Origin: Octopus vulgaris
Lineage: Eukaryota
Assembly: GCA_951406725.2 (NCBI GenBank)
Contig: OX597817.1
Location: forward strand, 82,832,001 to 82,896,000
Direction of reading: 5' to 3'
DNA: 64,000 bases
The notes under the pieces are model-generated. The model saw nothing but the letters and a program-made list of their open reading frames with translations, was not told where the DNA came from and did no database searches. The translations under genes and the position numbers were made by a program. Position 1 is the stretch's first letter. Each line of letters starts with the position of its first letter. Positions 1 through 13,516 of the stretch are shown one piece after another.

Positions 1-2845
1 GGTTAGATAATTCTGTGTTTAACCTAACATAATGTCAATGAAAGACGAATGCATATTCTAGAAAATATCTGTGGTGCTGACTCATTGCATTAAATATGTT
101 CTTGAATATATTTAAGAACGGTACTTCTGCACCACTAATTGTGATTTTATTACACGAATCGACCATTGTAAATTTTAGAAATTATGAAATTCTAAGATGG
201 ATTATTTTTCGATTATTCTCTTTGATATGAGCGTCTCAACTGAATATCCATTACAATACAAGACGTGAGTATACTGATATTATACTAACTGCCGGCTGTT
301 TCTTCATTCATGTTTTTGTGTGTTATGTTAATTTGCTGTAGGCTTTTGCATAAAGTAACCTATTGAGATTAAGAATAACTCTTGAAGATCGATGAAACGT
401 TGGGCCGAATACTTACCCTGTTTAAAAAAACAATATATCAAAAATAGACAAACTTTGAAATTAAGAGTTTAGTTTCCCTGGAAAGTTCGCTTGAGTTGGA
501 CGTATAAATCCTTATTTATTCAGATTCATATATAACTGGAAAGAAATGACTGTTTTACTTTTCACAACCTTCATTTATTTGCATAGGGAGAATAAATAAT
601 ATTTTATAAAATAATGTAGCGATCTGATTCATTCTTAGTCTCCAACATTTTATTTAAATGTAATATTTTATTTTAGTGTCAGGAAAAACAGCGGACGTAT
701 TTAAATATAAATAACCAATGTTTGAAGAGAATTCTTGGCGAGCATATTAAATTTCATTTAACATGAGTGCTAAATGAGTGTATACCTAAGACTGAGACAA
801 TAGAGTGTATTATAGTGTTATATTCACAGGTTTTAAGGTCGAGTACAAACAGCATTTTTGCATCGAAATGGCATTTGATACATCTGGAATCGATAAAGTT
901 AGTACTAGTGAAAATATGCAGATGACAGTCAGATGAACAGTTGGCAGGGTAACAATATAAGAAAGTTTAAACCATAAATTAAAAGATGAGAAATATTGTA
1001 TTACACTGATTTAATTATGTTGTGAGCGATCTGATACCAAACAAATAGTTTTCAAAATAAATTTTCAACAATTTTCGATAAAAATTGACACATTGCCTCA
1101 TCTTATTAAAGAGTACTGATGATTTTCATTTAAAGACAAAAATAATCAATAAATATAAAACTAAACAAACTGCAACAGATATAATGTAATGTAATCCTTA
1201 GCTTTTAAGTATATATATTCCCTCGGCGTTTAAATGTATATCTCAGATACTTGTTTATTAACGTCAGTTAGGAAATTTTGAACATGCTAAATTGATTACC
1301 AATTTTAAAAGCCCTCAAAAGACCTTAGTTTTGAAATAGTTATCAGTTAATCTGTACTATACATAAATATTAAATTTCCGTATTTGACTTGTGGTACAAA
1401 TGTACACTATTACTTCACCAGGAATTATTCTCAATGCTTCTAATTAGAAACCTGTCACCTGCACAAATGCCTATTCACTCTCTAGATATGTTTCCCATTC
1501 GCATGAATACGATCTACAACTTCCAGATACTTCACTTCAAATGTTAGTACCTCGGAATTTCCTTCATCTTTTATTCATAATCATCTAGTAAGAAAGCGCT
1601 GTTGTCTTTAACTGCGTCTATCCCAATGGTCTCAGTGTGTGTGTCTTTGAAGGTTATGCATACACCCAGAGCAGCCCGATAAAAAAAAAGAGATGGGAAC
1701 GGACAAAGCATAATTTATGTGAAATAAACAATTTGTTTCTCAACTCTCATTGTATAGTTCAAATGATGTGTCATCTTGTATAGTTAATTGTTGATATTCA
1801 AAATGCTCCAGAGTGTCTCTTGAACTCTGCAAAGACCTATTTGATCCTGTAGTTATTAATGTCATCTGAAATGTCATCATAATGTTGGTGATTTATAAAG
1901 CAATAATGATCTCACCACCATCCTATTTTAGCCTAATATTTTTAAGGCTGATTTAGACTATATCATAGATGAAAAAACTGCCAATAATATTCAGTAATTT
2001 TAGTGATGTCCATTTTTCTTGAGTGTAAGATTAAGTTAAGCAAAATAGAAAGTTAAGTCAAACAGAGTATTAAATCACTATGCAAAAAAGTTGAATATTG
2101 TCATGTCTTAGATAAGGGTCAATGGCAGAAGAATTCAAGTCGTAACAATATAACCCATGAGGTACAATCATGACACAAATTAATATATAGGTCTATCAGT
2201 GATTGAACCATGTTGAGGAGCAGTAATTTTGTAAAATTAACTGGTTCGGTCTGTTTAAAGAGCTGGATTTAAAGGACGGGGTTCCATGCGCGGAGATGGA
2301 TGGCTACCAATTCACTGATTTATGGAGTGGTGTTCCTTCTATTTAGGAGGAATTTTGAATGCAATACACTGTGCTCCTGATGAACGATTTTGTGCAATCA
2401 GGCAAATGCACTTGGAATATGAAATGGTGAGTTCCAAACAATGACATTGGTGAAACGTACGCCAGAACTAATATTTTATCTTAATTTTCCATTACACAAA
2501 CACACATACACACACACAAACACGCACAGTATAAATAATAGCTAAATATATCATATATATAATATATATACATATATTATAGACCTATGATATACCTAAC
2601 ATATATATATATATATATTGCGTATACAATATTTGCACTTGTACAATATATATATACTTTTATTCTTTTACGTGTTTCAGTCATTTGACAGTGGCAATGA
2701 GCCCGGAACAATGTGGTTTGTAAGCAAGCTACTTACCAATGTAAATGTTACTTGTTTTGTTCGCTGGTACAAGTATCCCCAGAACTTTTTGAATTCGACA
2801 AGTAATTTTATGATTATCTGCTGATGTACACTGTCTAGGGTATTG

Positions 2846-2888
<43 letters not shown>

Positions 2889-3278
2889 CATTCATGACTA
2901 AGTTTACATAGCCAAAACAGTAGTCATTAATGAAATAACGAATAAACGAATATTAAGTTCTGAACTAATCAAATTCCGACCATCATTCCGTTCTTTTCTC
3001 GGTTATTCAGTCCCACCACAGTGCGTCACCTATCAAGGTAGTTTAATAACAACTATCAAGGTGTTTAATAACAAGGCTTTAAATTATAAGCAATATTTCT
3101 ATGAATTTAGAACAGCCTAGTAATAAATGTTAAACTACAACGTGTGTGATTTCTATAAACATGCTAATCTAATGGATCTTGCTCACAGTGGGGAGGGTTT
3201 TCTCCTGTCAATTCAAAGAGACCATGTGCTTTTGTGCCTAAGGAGTCTATGACTCCTATTTCTAGCAATGCTGTCAAT

Positions 3279-3410
3279 CACACATTTGACGTTCTCTCCC
3301 AGGCCATGGTGGACACCTTTTATAAGTTTCATCTGCGAGACAAGGTGACCAGGACTACGACCACGACGAACAACGGCAAAAGCTTTGTTAAAGCATTTAT
3401 GCAGTTTGGC
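3279..3410 (+). mobile_element. hAT (Ac/Tol2-like) transposase fragment
   Basis: ORF 3234..3587 contains HTFDVLSQAMVDTFYKFHLRDKVTRTTTTTNNGKSFVKAFMQFG, resembling the hAT catalytic segment HTxDxLA...I.xTTDNGxNxxKAF. Confidence 0.6.
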
Positions 3411-3499
3411 ACTTCAAACAGCAAAGGATCCATGGTGGTCACCTCTGAGACCTCGGCGCATGTCAGACCAGTGGCCACTACCGACACCATACATGTCAC

Positions 3500-6210
3500 A
3501 CCAGTATTCTTGCTGAACACCAGGGGTCTCGTAACGTCCCCAAAACGCAAAACACATTACCTGAGAGATTTGTACCTGAGAGAATGAAGCAAATGTGTGT
3601 CACTAACAGAAACACATCTGAATGTGGATGTATATGCTGAGATACACATCTCAGGGTATGTTGTGTTTCGAACTGACTGGAGAGAAAGGTTCGTGGTGGA
3701 GTGGCAGTATACATTCGGGAAAATGTCACACTTGTGGTCCTGCTGTCACATTCAAACTCAGTCTGTGACACTCTGGTGGTGCACATTAAACAGATGAAAC
3801 TAATATGTACCATGTATTGCACACCAGATGCTCCACATCATGGGGATAATTTGTAGAGAGTCTCCAAGAAATGAAAGAAATATTAACCAGCATAGATGAC
3901 AGCCTACACATACTTCTTTTAGGGAATTTCAACCTCCCTTAAGTCAATTGACCTGAGGGCCACATTCTCTCAGGTATTTCACTGCATGGCCTGAGCCATA
4001 CAGAATCTCTGCTTGACCCTACTATCATGTTCTTTCCGGAGAAAATATTGTTCCATAATTTTGTTGTTCATCCATAATTTTGGGGCGACACCGACGATTT
4101 TCTCGGACCGTAACTTAATAGAACTAACAATGTACGGTTCGCAGAAGACTACAGACATGCAAGCTACTTGAAGTATCCAACTCTTCTCCACCATGAACTT
4201 TCACAAGGCTGATTTGAAGGGTATCGAGAAAGAGGTCATGGAACATAACTGGTCTGTTAGTCTCTGTACAGAAGACATTGACACAAAGCTACAACACTTT
4301 ATGACAATCATGCATGACATTTGCAGTAAGTTTGCTTCAGAGAGAATGCCAAGCCAGCAGAAAAAAATAATACCCAGGGATAGAAGGATTCTAATGAGAC
4401 GACGAGCAAACATCTAAAATCGTCTAAACGGCTACTAAAGGATAAGTAATCTTACCTCAAACGAACATTGCTCGAAATCGAAAATGAACTCAAACGCTGC
4501 CATGAAAAGGGGAGGGCAGAAAAGGAGGCCAAGACTGTCAAAAATATTAAGACAATCCCTAAAGACTTATACAGATATACAAAAAATGCTGCTTCAGTAC
4601 GGTACAAAATAGGGCCACACTTGAAGAAAATGGATCACCGACTGCAGACCCCCAGATGATCAGTGAAATACTGAATGTGCAATACAAGATTGCTTTCACA
4701 ACTCCACTGGGATACTTGCAAGTAGCTATGCCTGATGAGTTCTTTGTCTCCACAGATCTACACAACAAAATGGCAATTATTGACATCACCATAGAGGAAA
4801 CTGATGTGATGTCAGCCATTGATGAGATGAGCTCAAACTCAGTAACACGCCCTGAGGGATTCCCAGCAATCCCCCTAAAGAAATGCAAAGGGACTCTAGC
4901 TAGATAACTTCAGATTCTCTTTCAGAGCTTCCTCACAACAGGGAGACTTCCTCAAAAGTTAAAATTTATAGATTTGTCTCTAACGTCCCATGTCAGCAAA
5001 GTCATGGAGCGCATTGTCAGGAAGAAACTAATTGCGCTCCTTGAATGTAATGACTTGCTTCCTGACACCCAGTATGGCTTTCATTCAGGCAGAAGCTGCC
5101 ATACACAGCTTTTGCAACACTATGACTGGGTGTTGAAACAATGAATCGCTCAAACGTGGATGTGATATATCTCGACTTTGCAAAGGCCTTTGATAAGGTT
5201 GATCATGGAATGATATGTGACAAGCTACGGAGGCTCGGCATAACTGGGAAAATTGGAGAGTGGTGGCATGACTTCTAAAAAGACAGAAGCCAGGCTATAG
5301 CAGCCAACGGAGCCCTCTCCACGGAGACATTAATAGAAAGAGGAGCGTCGCAGGGAACTCTACTGAGGCTACTACTCTTCATGTTGGCTCTTTCAGACAT
5401 GCCAACAGTTAGACAGATAGCCACACTAACTAGCTATGTCGACGACACAAAAATAGTACAAGAAGTCAAGGAACATTTTGACGCTAATCTTCGACAGAAA
5501 GACCTAGATGCCATATATAAATGGGCTACAATTCAATGCAGACAAATTGCAAGCCTTCCCCTCCCCCGCTACCAGCTAGTAGGTGCTCAGAAGTCATAAC
5601 AACGATACTTTGGACCAAAAGGAGCGGAACTCTTCGAATCACTTACGGTGCGTGATCTTGGGATTGATATGAGCAACAATGCCTCGTTTCACATGCATGT
5701 CACCATGATGCTGGCAATGTGCAGGCGAATGGCCGGATGGAGTTTGAGAACCTTTAGAACAAAGGATCAGGAAACTATGCTGGTCCTATGAAGGACACTT
5801 GTCCTCAGTCGTCTGGACTGATGTTCTCAACTATGGTCTACCTACACTGTAGAATTAATAGCAGAACTTGAGGCTGTTCAGAGCTACTACATGAGGAAGA
5901 ATTCATCAATGGAATAGCTGAGCTACTGGGAGAGAGTGAAAGAGCTATGACTCTAGTCCCTGGAGCGAGGACGGGAGAGATATGCAGTTATATGTATAGA
6001 AGACACTGGAAGAGTTTGCACCAAACTTTGGAATTCAGAGTTATACCAGGCCTCGAAATGGACGTCACTGCACTGTTCCAAAAGTCCCAGCTGTCTCATC
6101 ATTAACCAGAAGCCAAACCCATCGAAATGGCCAATTAAAAGCTGACTACAATGACAGTGCCCCGGCATGACCGCAGCCTCAAGGCTGAAACGTATAAAAG
6201 AACAAAAGAA
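3500..6210 (+). mobile_element. Decayed CR1-group LINE ORF2 (APE endonuclease + RT) with 3' tail
   Basis: APE motifs LLNTRGL and SLTETHLN..EIHISGYVVFRTD; RT motifs YLDFAKAFDKVDHG (~5167), SQGTLL.LLLF, SYVDDTK, DLDAIYKWA; C-terminal LSYWER..SLERGRERY; many stops and frameshifts; tail at 6155-6210. Confidence 0.9.
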
Positions 6211-6291
6211 TATATATATATGTGCGTATATATATGTGTGTATATATATGTATATGTGTGTATATATATGTATATATATATATATATATCA

Positions 6292-6400
6292 CTTTATTCT
6301 TTTACTTGTTTCAATCATTTGACAGCGCCCATGCTGGAGCACCGCCTTTAGTCGAGCAAATCGACCCCAGGACTTATTTTTTGTAAGCGTAGTACTTAAT
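6292..6400 (-). mobile_element. SINE family A, 3' fragment
   Basis: Matches the 3' part of the copies at 12545 and 28390 (..atcgaccccaggacttatt.., ..tcatttgac..catgctggagcaccgcc). Confidence 0.8.
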
Positions 6401-6404
6401 GAAA

Positions 6405-8566
6405 TTGACGCATATCCCACAGTTGGGTCTTCCGCATTTTTTTACTGACGGCTTCTGTGTTGTTGTTGAGCGTATTTGGGCTTGTGTTAGGAGACTTTCC
6501 ATAGATTTGGGTTGTATCTTGCTTTTTATGAGGGTGTGTGTTTGGAAGATTAAGTTCATTCTGTGGTCTTTTTTTTAGTAGTAGGGGAATGGTTTGAAGG
6601 ATGGTATCAAAGGCTTCATTGTTAAGAGGGTTGTGTGTGGAGATGTATGGTAGGGCTTTTGGTTGTAAATCCATCTTTAATTTGGGATGTCTGAGTTCCT
6701 CGATGTTGATTTGAAGGGCATGTTGAAAGCATACGTCAATTAGTGAAGGTGGATAGTTCCTGGTGATGAGTGTATCCTTTAGTTCATGTAATCGTGTGTC
6801 TCTGGCGCTTGCATTAGAAACTATAATACATATCCTCTTTGCTAGATTGAAGGGGATATTCATTCTGGTGTGTCTGGGGTGGTACGAGTTGAACGGTAGA
6901 TATTGCTTGGAATCTGTAGGCATATAGTATATACCTGTTTCTATTATGTTGTTAAATTTCTTAGTGAGGATGTCGAGGAAGGGAAGTTGTTGATGGCTAT
7001 ATTTCATCGTGAATTGAATGTTTATGTCAAGTCCATTTATAAGTGCTTGGAATTCTTAAAGTTTCTCTATATTTTCATGCCAAAGAATGAAACAGTCATC
7101 CAGGTATCTCTTCCAGTTATTTTCTATGCAGAGGGAGAATGGACTGCCGTATTTTTCTAGAACCTTACCATAAAGACTAATTTCTAAATATCCCATGACT
7201 AGGTTAGCAAAGGAGTGGGCCATTCTTGTACCCATCGCAGTCCCCGATTTTTGTCGATAGAAGTTGTCTTTGAAGACGAAGTAGTAATTTTCCAGGATGA
7301 ATTTTAGCCCTTCTATCACTTTTTTTGATGCGATGTAAGAGATCGTTGGCGTAATTATCTAGCCAGAATTGCATTGCCTCTATTCCTAGGTTGTGGGGGA
7401 TATTGGAATAGAGGTTGACTACATTGATGGATACTAGTAGGGTGTTTTTGTTTATTGTTTCAGGAAGGTGATTGAGCATATCCAGGTCGTCCCTTATATA
7501 GCTTTTGACATGCCTGAGGAATGGTTTTAAGAGGGTATCTAAAATGTTCCTGAAGTGGTGGGTTTCGCATGAGGGACCTGCTATTATAGGTCTCAATTTG
7601 AGGTCATTAGGTGTAGGAAGTTTGATTATTATGTCTGTGGCTATTAAGCATGCGTTACTTATTTTCTCACTTTTGTGTATCTTGGAAATATCGTAGAATT
7701 GAGTGGTTTTACTTTTGAAATTGATCATATAGTCAAATTCGTTGTCGGTGAGCCCTTCTCTGTATAGGTTAACATGGATTTTAGGTTATTTTCTGCTGAC
7801 TGTAGTGTTGAGCCTTTCATAATATGTTGTGTCTTCCAATATGGATAGTACTAGAGTTATATAGAATACCGTGTCCATTAAAACAACTGTACTCACTTTA
7901 TCAGCCTCTTTGATCGTTATTGTTTTGTCATCTTTTAATTTCTTCAGCTCAGCCCATTCTTTTTTGCCTAAATTTTGTTTGTACTTTTGTTTGTGCATAT
8001 GTTGATAAGTGTAATTCGAGATGTGCTCACAGATATGATCAAGAGTTTTGTTCTTAAATTTTGATGGGGTGTAGTTACTTCTATTTCGGACCAACGATTC
8101 GTCCTCGTTGTATTTGTCGTATAGCTCCTCAGTAAGTCGTAATTTTCCACAGAATTCCGCAATGTCTTCTTTCATTTCATTGTAGTTGGGGTGTTGTGGG
8201 GTGTGTGTAGACTTCAGCCTTTTGGAGAGTATATTGATTTGGTTTGCTGTTAGCTCTTTGTAAGTTAGATTGATAATTTTTTATCACTTTTGGTTCCTCC
8301 TGCCTGTTTGGTGCTATCTTGTGTCTCTGTGTTTGCCTATGGGGTCCCAAAAATGATTGCGGTGGTTGGTACGGTAGCTATTATGTAGTTGCTCCTTGTT
8401 GCGCGGGGTGCCCTGTTTTGATTTATGGTGTGGGTTCTTGGAACGGTATTGAAAAGTGTGTCCCAATATCCCATGTTCGGATGTGGTGTTCTAGGGGGGC
8501 GTCGTTGGTAATTATTGCGTGTGGTATGGGTTTGTTGTGCATGGTTGTTTAGTAGATTGTTGGAAC

Positions 8567-8568
<2 letters not shown>
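6405..8568 (-). mobile_element. Penelope-like retroelement (Neptune-type), frameshifted RT, truncated before GIY-YIG
   Basis: ITIKEADK..TVVLMD, LRPIIAGP, NVVNLYSNIP, QKSGTAMGT, WKRYLDDCF, LPFLDIL, YLPFNSYHP.H...NIPFNLAKRIC, then the Cys motif CGRPNCGIC. Confidence 0.92.
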
Positions 8569-8622
<54 letters not shown>

Positions 8623-9216
8623 ATTCTGTATTATTTATGTACATACTAATATTCTGTTCTGTCAATAACATGAGGTATTCTCGATGAACGTACAATTGAA
8701 ATATTACGTTAAAACTTATAACTAAAAGGCTGAATATGTATAATTTAAATCTTACACTTAGGACTGAATGAGGTTATACTGTTCCTTTGCTTGGTAAAAA
8801 TTCATTAGCTATTTGTAAAATGAAATATCTTCAACCATCAAACAAATCTTTGCTTCTCTCTATGGAGACACTAATAATAACCTTATTGCTAAATTCAAAT
8901 CGATATATGGAACCAGTGATAGCTTCCTGTAAGCAAGAAACGCAAAGAAAAAATCCAACGCAATCTCTTCTGGAAGGGAGAGTGATATCTTCTTTTAGCT
9001 GGAAATATATTGAATCACAAATGCATTGGCTTCGTTTTGTAATAAAATATACGAAAAAATCTACGTGAAAATAAATTGCTTTTCAATGAGTGAGAAAGTA
9101 CAACAGTAATATTAGAAATTCATTGTTTACACATAAATACGCATATTGATACCGATTGTAATGGAGATGCATATATAATAATGAATACATAATGTGGTAT
9201 ATATAAGGAATATATA

Positions 9217-9470
9217 CATTTCTTTACTGCCCACAAGGGGCTAAACATACAGGGGACAAACAAGGACAGACAAACGGATTAAGTCAATTACATCGAACCC
9301 AGTGCAAAATTGGTACTTAATTTATTGACCCTGAAAGGATGAAAGGCAAAGTCGACCTCGGCGGAATTTGAACTCAGAACGTAACGACAGACGAAATACC
9401 GCTAAGCATTTCGTCCGGCGCGCTAACGTGTCTGCCAGCTCCGCCGCCTTTGTCTGCCAGCTCGCCGCCT
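9217..9470 (-). mobile_element. tRNA-derived SINE family B with 16-bp TSD
   Basis: Minus-strand head ggcggcgagctggcaga...gagttcaaattcc; core gcctttcatcctttc.gggtc.ataaattaagtacc (recalls the MetaSINE core); flanked by atataaggaatatata at 9201-9216 and 9471-9486. Confidence 0.88.
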
Positions 9471-9503
9471 ATATAAGGAATATATAATGAGGTATATATA
9501 ATG

Positions 9504-9812
9504 CCGAGGGGACATGGCCTAATGGTTAGGGTGGTGCACACATGATCCTGATATTGCGGTCTCAATCCTTAGACCGCGTGGTGCGCTGTGTTCTCGAGCA
9601 AAACACTTCATCTCACGCTGCTCTGCGAACACCTCAACGCTTGACGCGTGGTACACCGTGCATCCTCTTCAGGCAACGACAATTGGATGGAGAGAGTGAG
9701 CTAAAGTACAGCACGAACATTATAAAATTTGATCATTATAAAATTAATAATTTGCGCAAGCTGTTCGGCAAAAACTGAGGACTCCTACGTTGCTTTCGAC
9801 AGGAGAGTCCAT
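9504..9812 (+). mobile_element. tRNA-derived SINE (family C-related head)
   Basis: A-box-like tggcctaatggttaggg, B-box-like ggtctcaatcc, then gtgttctcgagcaaaacacttca. Confidence 0.65.
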
Positions 9813-9819
9813 CATATAT

Positions 9820-10328
9820 TGTGTGACTCCCTTCGGTCATGAATGACCATAGGATTGCCCCTAGAAAGTTACCCTCCGAGGCACAAGTCTGGGCAAGGTT
9901 GTTTATGGAAGACCAGCTGTCGCCTATGCATACGAGCCTCCCCTCTCCACGCCACCGATGTTATCCAAGGGAAAGGCAAAGACCGATACAGCTTGACACC
10001 AGTGACGTTGCAGCTCATTTATTAACGTGCAAGTGGCTGAGCATTCCACAGACACGTGTACCCTTAACGTAGTTCTTGGGGAAATTCAGCGTGACGCAGA
10101 GTGTGACGAAGCTGGCTCTTTGAAATACAGGTACAACAGAAACAGGAAGAAAGAGTGAAAGAAAGTTGTGGTGAAAGAGTACAGCAGGTTTCACCACCCC
10201 CTCCTGCCGGAGCCTCGTGAAGTGTTAGGTGTTTTTGCTCAATAAACACTCGCAATGCCCGATCTGGGAATCGAAACTGTGATCCTACGACCGCGAGTCT
10301 GCTGCCCTGGTCCATTGCGCCTCCTCCT
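9820..10328 (-). mobile_element. tRNA-derived SINE (family C variant)
   Basis: Shares body attaacgtgcaagtggctgagcattccacagacacgtgtacccttaacgtag with 51329-51647 and 26320-26632; head shared with 61810-61970. Confidence 0.85.
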
Positions 10329-12292
10329 ATCATGTATAATGAGGTATATATAATGATGTGTATATATGAATACAATAAAAACACTGTTTGCAGCTTCTCA
10401 TTAACAAAATATTTAGTGAAGGTCGTTCTTACCATGACTATCTCATATACTGTCTTAAGCATAATATATATATAGGACTGCATCATCGAATGTATCTCTT
10501 TATCTTACGATGGCTCAGTGTGATCTGAAGGATATATTTTACTGCTATTTTAGAAGGCAGAACGGCCGCGTTGATATACACAGCTGGAGAAATATTTACC
10601 AGGATGTAGAATATTAATTTCTCACTTGCGTACCCTGAGAAGTGGATGATAACAGTAGTAGTTCGTATCATGCCAACGCTGATGCATAGTACCGATGACA
10701 CAAACCTTTTAAAAGACTCCGGGCTTTTAACACTCAATTAGATAATAGACACTGTGTCCCCCACCTTGGCTATTGTAAGCAGCAAGAATTGCGGTTAAGT
10801 CGGCAAGAGTGTCATTATCTTGCGGTACTAGGTTCAACTTTTCATCTAGGTATAAAATAATGGAACCACAACTCAAATTACTAGACCTGTTAATACTAAC
10901 AGTGAAATCTCATTCAAACTATAGAGTATTGTCTTTAAAAAATAAAGCCACAGAAACAGGCATTAGATGATGTATTACAAGATATGCACAGAATATACGG
11001 AATACTCACAGCTGAAACACTTCTGATAACTGGTTTCAAATTTTGGCACAAGGCCAGCAATTTCGGGACAGGGGCTTCGTCGACTAAATCGACACCAGTA
11101 CTCAATTGCTACCTTTTTAACGAACCGAAAGCAAAGTTAACCTTGGCGAGACGCTTTTCATAATTAATCTTCTCTCAATGGCTGACTTGAGACTAAACAA
11201 GAGAAGTAAAATAACATAATAAATATATCATACAAGTGTACTCCGAGATTCGTCTCTCAAACGTCTATCTAGTGAAGCAATGTTCACGTGACGATCTGCT
11301 AGAGCCTACCTGAAATCGAAGTGACATTAGCTGAAGATTTAAAAATAATAATAGAGAGACTTGTGAGTTATACATCATGTCACTACTCTATACAACCATA
11401 AGCTGTACGATCCCGCAATACGTATTAACAACAACATGGACTGTTCCATTTGAAAGTTCGTTTGCTCCTAGCTAGAGTATATTTTTTGTTCTAGGTTACT
11501 TACCTTGTATTTTGAATTAATATCTGACATATTTGTTACGCGTTTAGTTTAATCTTTTGAATACTTCAAAGGCAAACATTCATATGTTGACACACTTATA
11601 TACACTTTCTCTCTCCTACACACACTTAACACGCGCATACACACCACCTACACACGCGCGCGTGAATCTATAAGCTTTTTTTTTGTATGGGTCTATATGT
11701 ATATGTGTGTGTATATGTGTATTCTCTTGTGTAGTATTTGTTTCGTGCATTGTTTTACTATATATTTAAGTTAAGAAAACCGGTTTAAAATATTCAGTAG
11801 GCAGATAATCGCACACATTCCTCATTTAGAATTTTCTTTGATAGAAAACTTATTAGAAAAAGAAGCTAACAAACAAAAACAACAACTAATTGAAAACATC
11901 CTCTTGCAAGCAATATTATGGTTTTTATCGTAACAGATAAGATACTTAGATAAAGAACGATAATTTCTTCTGGTTTGTTTTTCAGTTCGAAGATTTCTAT
12001 AGGTTTGTGTGTATAAATGCAAATTGGTCTTCAGAACTCTTCGCACTAATTTCAGCCTAAGAGCTGAGGCTCATATCTATATTTAGTTATCTTCAATATC
12101 GGTTTCAAATTTTGGCACAGGGCCAGCAATTTCCTATACATCACACGCCTCTATACGCGCATATCCACACACACACGCGCGCGCACAAAAAGTTCATACA
12201 CACGTCTATATGCGCACATACACAAGAAAAAAAAAACAGGGCTAAAGGCAAAAATACAGGAAAATGTGTAAAAACACAATGAGTAAACCAAT

Positions 12293-12405
12293 GTTTTATC
12301 ATGACTACCGAATAATTGTCACATATTACATATACAGATAAATTCCTCTATTTACATAATATCGAAGTCTCTTTCTTTCTTTTGTTGTCTTCCCATTTTT
12401 ATCAA
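12293..12405 (+). repeat. Short HHR-family element fragment (family of 51773 and 61481)
   Basis: gttttatcatgactaccgaataattgtcacat...atcaa(TA)n is closely similar to 51811-51921 and 61670-61777. Confidence 0.85.
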
Positions 12406-12544
12406 TATATATATATATATATATATATATACGTAGGGAGAATTTACGAAAAAAAAAACAAAAGCCGAAGACAGGTGGTGTACAAAACAAACAGATGTAT
12501 TAGTATAACGCTCAGGAGTAGAAAATGTCTTTTACGTATATATA

Positions 12545-12905
12545 TATTCTTTTATTATTTTATTTGTTTCAGTCATCTTGAAGAAACGACCCCAGGACTT
12601 ATCCTTTGTAAGCCTAGTATTTATTCTAGCAGTCTCTTTTTCAGAGCCGCTAAGTAATGAGAACGTAAACACACCAGCATCGGTTGTCAAGCGATGGTGG
12701 GGGACAAACACTAGCACACAAACACACACACACATACACATATATACGACGAGCTTCTTTCAGTTTCCATCTACCAAATCCACTCACAAGGCTTTGGTCG
12801 GCCCGAGGCTATAGTTGAAAACGGGTGGCCAAGGTGCCACGCAGTGGGACTGAACCCGGAACCATTTGGTTGGTAAGCAAGCTACTTACCACACAGCCAC
12901 TCCTG
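12545..12905 (-). mobile_element. tRNA-derived SINE family A
   Basis: Minus-strand head ggagtggctgtgtggtaag (A box)...gggttcagtccc (B box); internal (CA)n; LINE-like tail. Confidence 0.9.
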
Positions 12906-13214
12906 ATCCTATCTCTTTTCTCCTCTTCACCATTTTCTATCTGTCTTTCTATCCCTCCCTCTTTCTCTTTTTCGCTCTCTCGTTCCTTAAATGTGACCAT
13001 CGTTCATCTTTCTTTGCCTCACGTGATCATCTTTCTTTTCGTTCAGGACCGTCCTAAGGACTCTTCTATCTTTTTTTCTTTTCAAAGAAAATATTTCGCC
13101 AACATTCCCTATTTTACCCCGTTCTGGTCTAACGACCCTCTATGTTAATTTTTGTCTGGTTTCCTGTATGTTTCCACTGTCCTGTTTTTGTTCCTAACTT
13201 TAACCCTCCATAAA

Positions 13215-13438
13215 TCCAAAATTAATTTCGATACTTATGTGGGCAACTGTCTTCTAAGACTCAAATTGTCATTCAATGCTGGAATGAGGAGTAGATTGAC
13301 AGCCGACAACTGATGAAGTGTGGCTTCTTTGTTACTTGTCCTGTTTTCCATTTGTTTTTCTCGTTGCTGGCGTATTGAACTCATTTGCTTTCGTATTTCA
13401 TATTGTTTACTGTTGGTGACGTCCTGTACCCTTATATG

Positions 13439-13440
<2 letters not shown>
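13215..13440 (+). repeat. Diverged PLE-terminus-like repeat (family of 17133-17662 and 40590-40850)
   Basis: Shared ..aactgatgaa..., gacgtcctgtacccttatatgcat ending in a microsatellite. Confidence 0.55.

Positions 13441-13516
<76 letters not shown>

Noticed and set aside
830-897. Exon-like segments (also ~21448-21548, ~33964-34023, ~10554-10604)
   Set aside because: Plausible AG/GT boundaries, but no recognisable protein and no consistent gene model
8676-8728. Possible HHR relic (cgatga acgta..tacgtt aaaa cttataac)
   Set aside because: The core is too degenerate to distinguish from chance in AT-rich DNA
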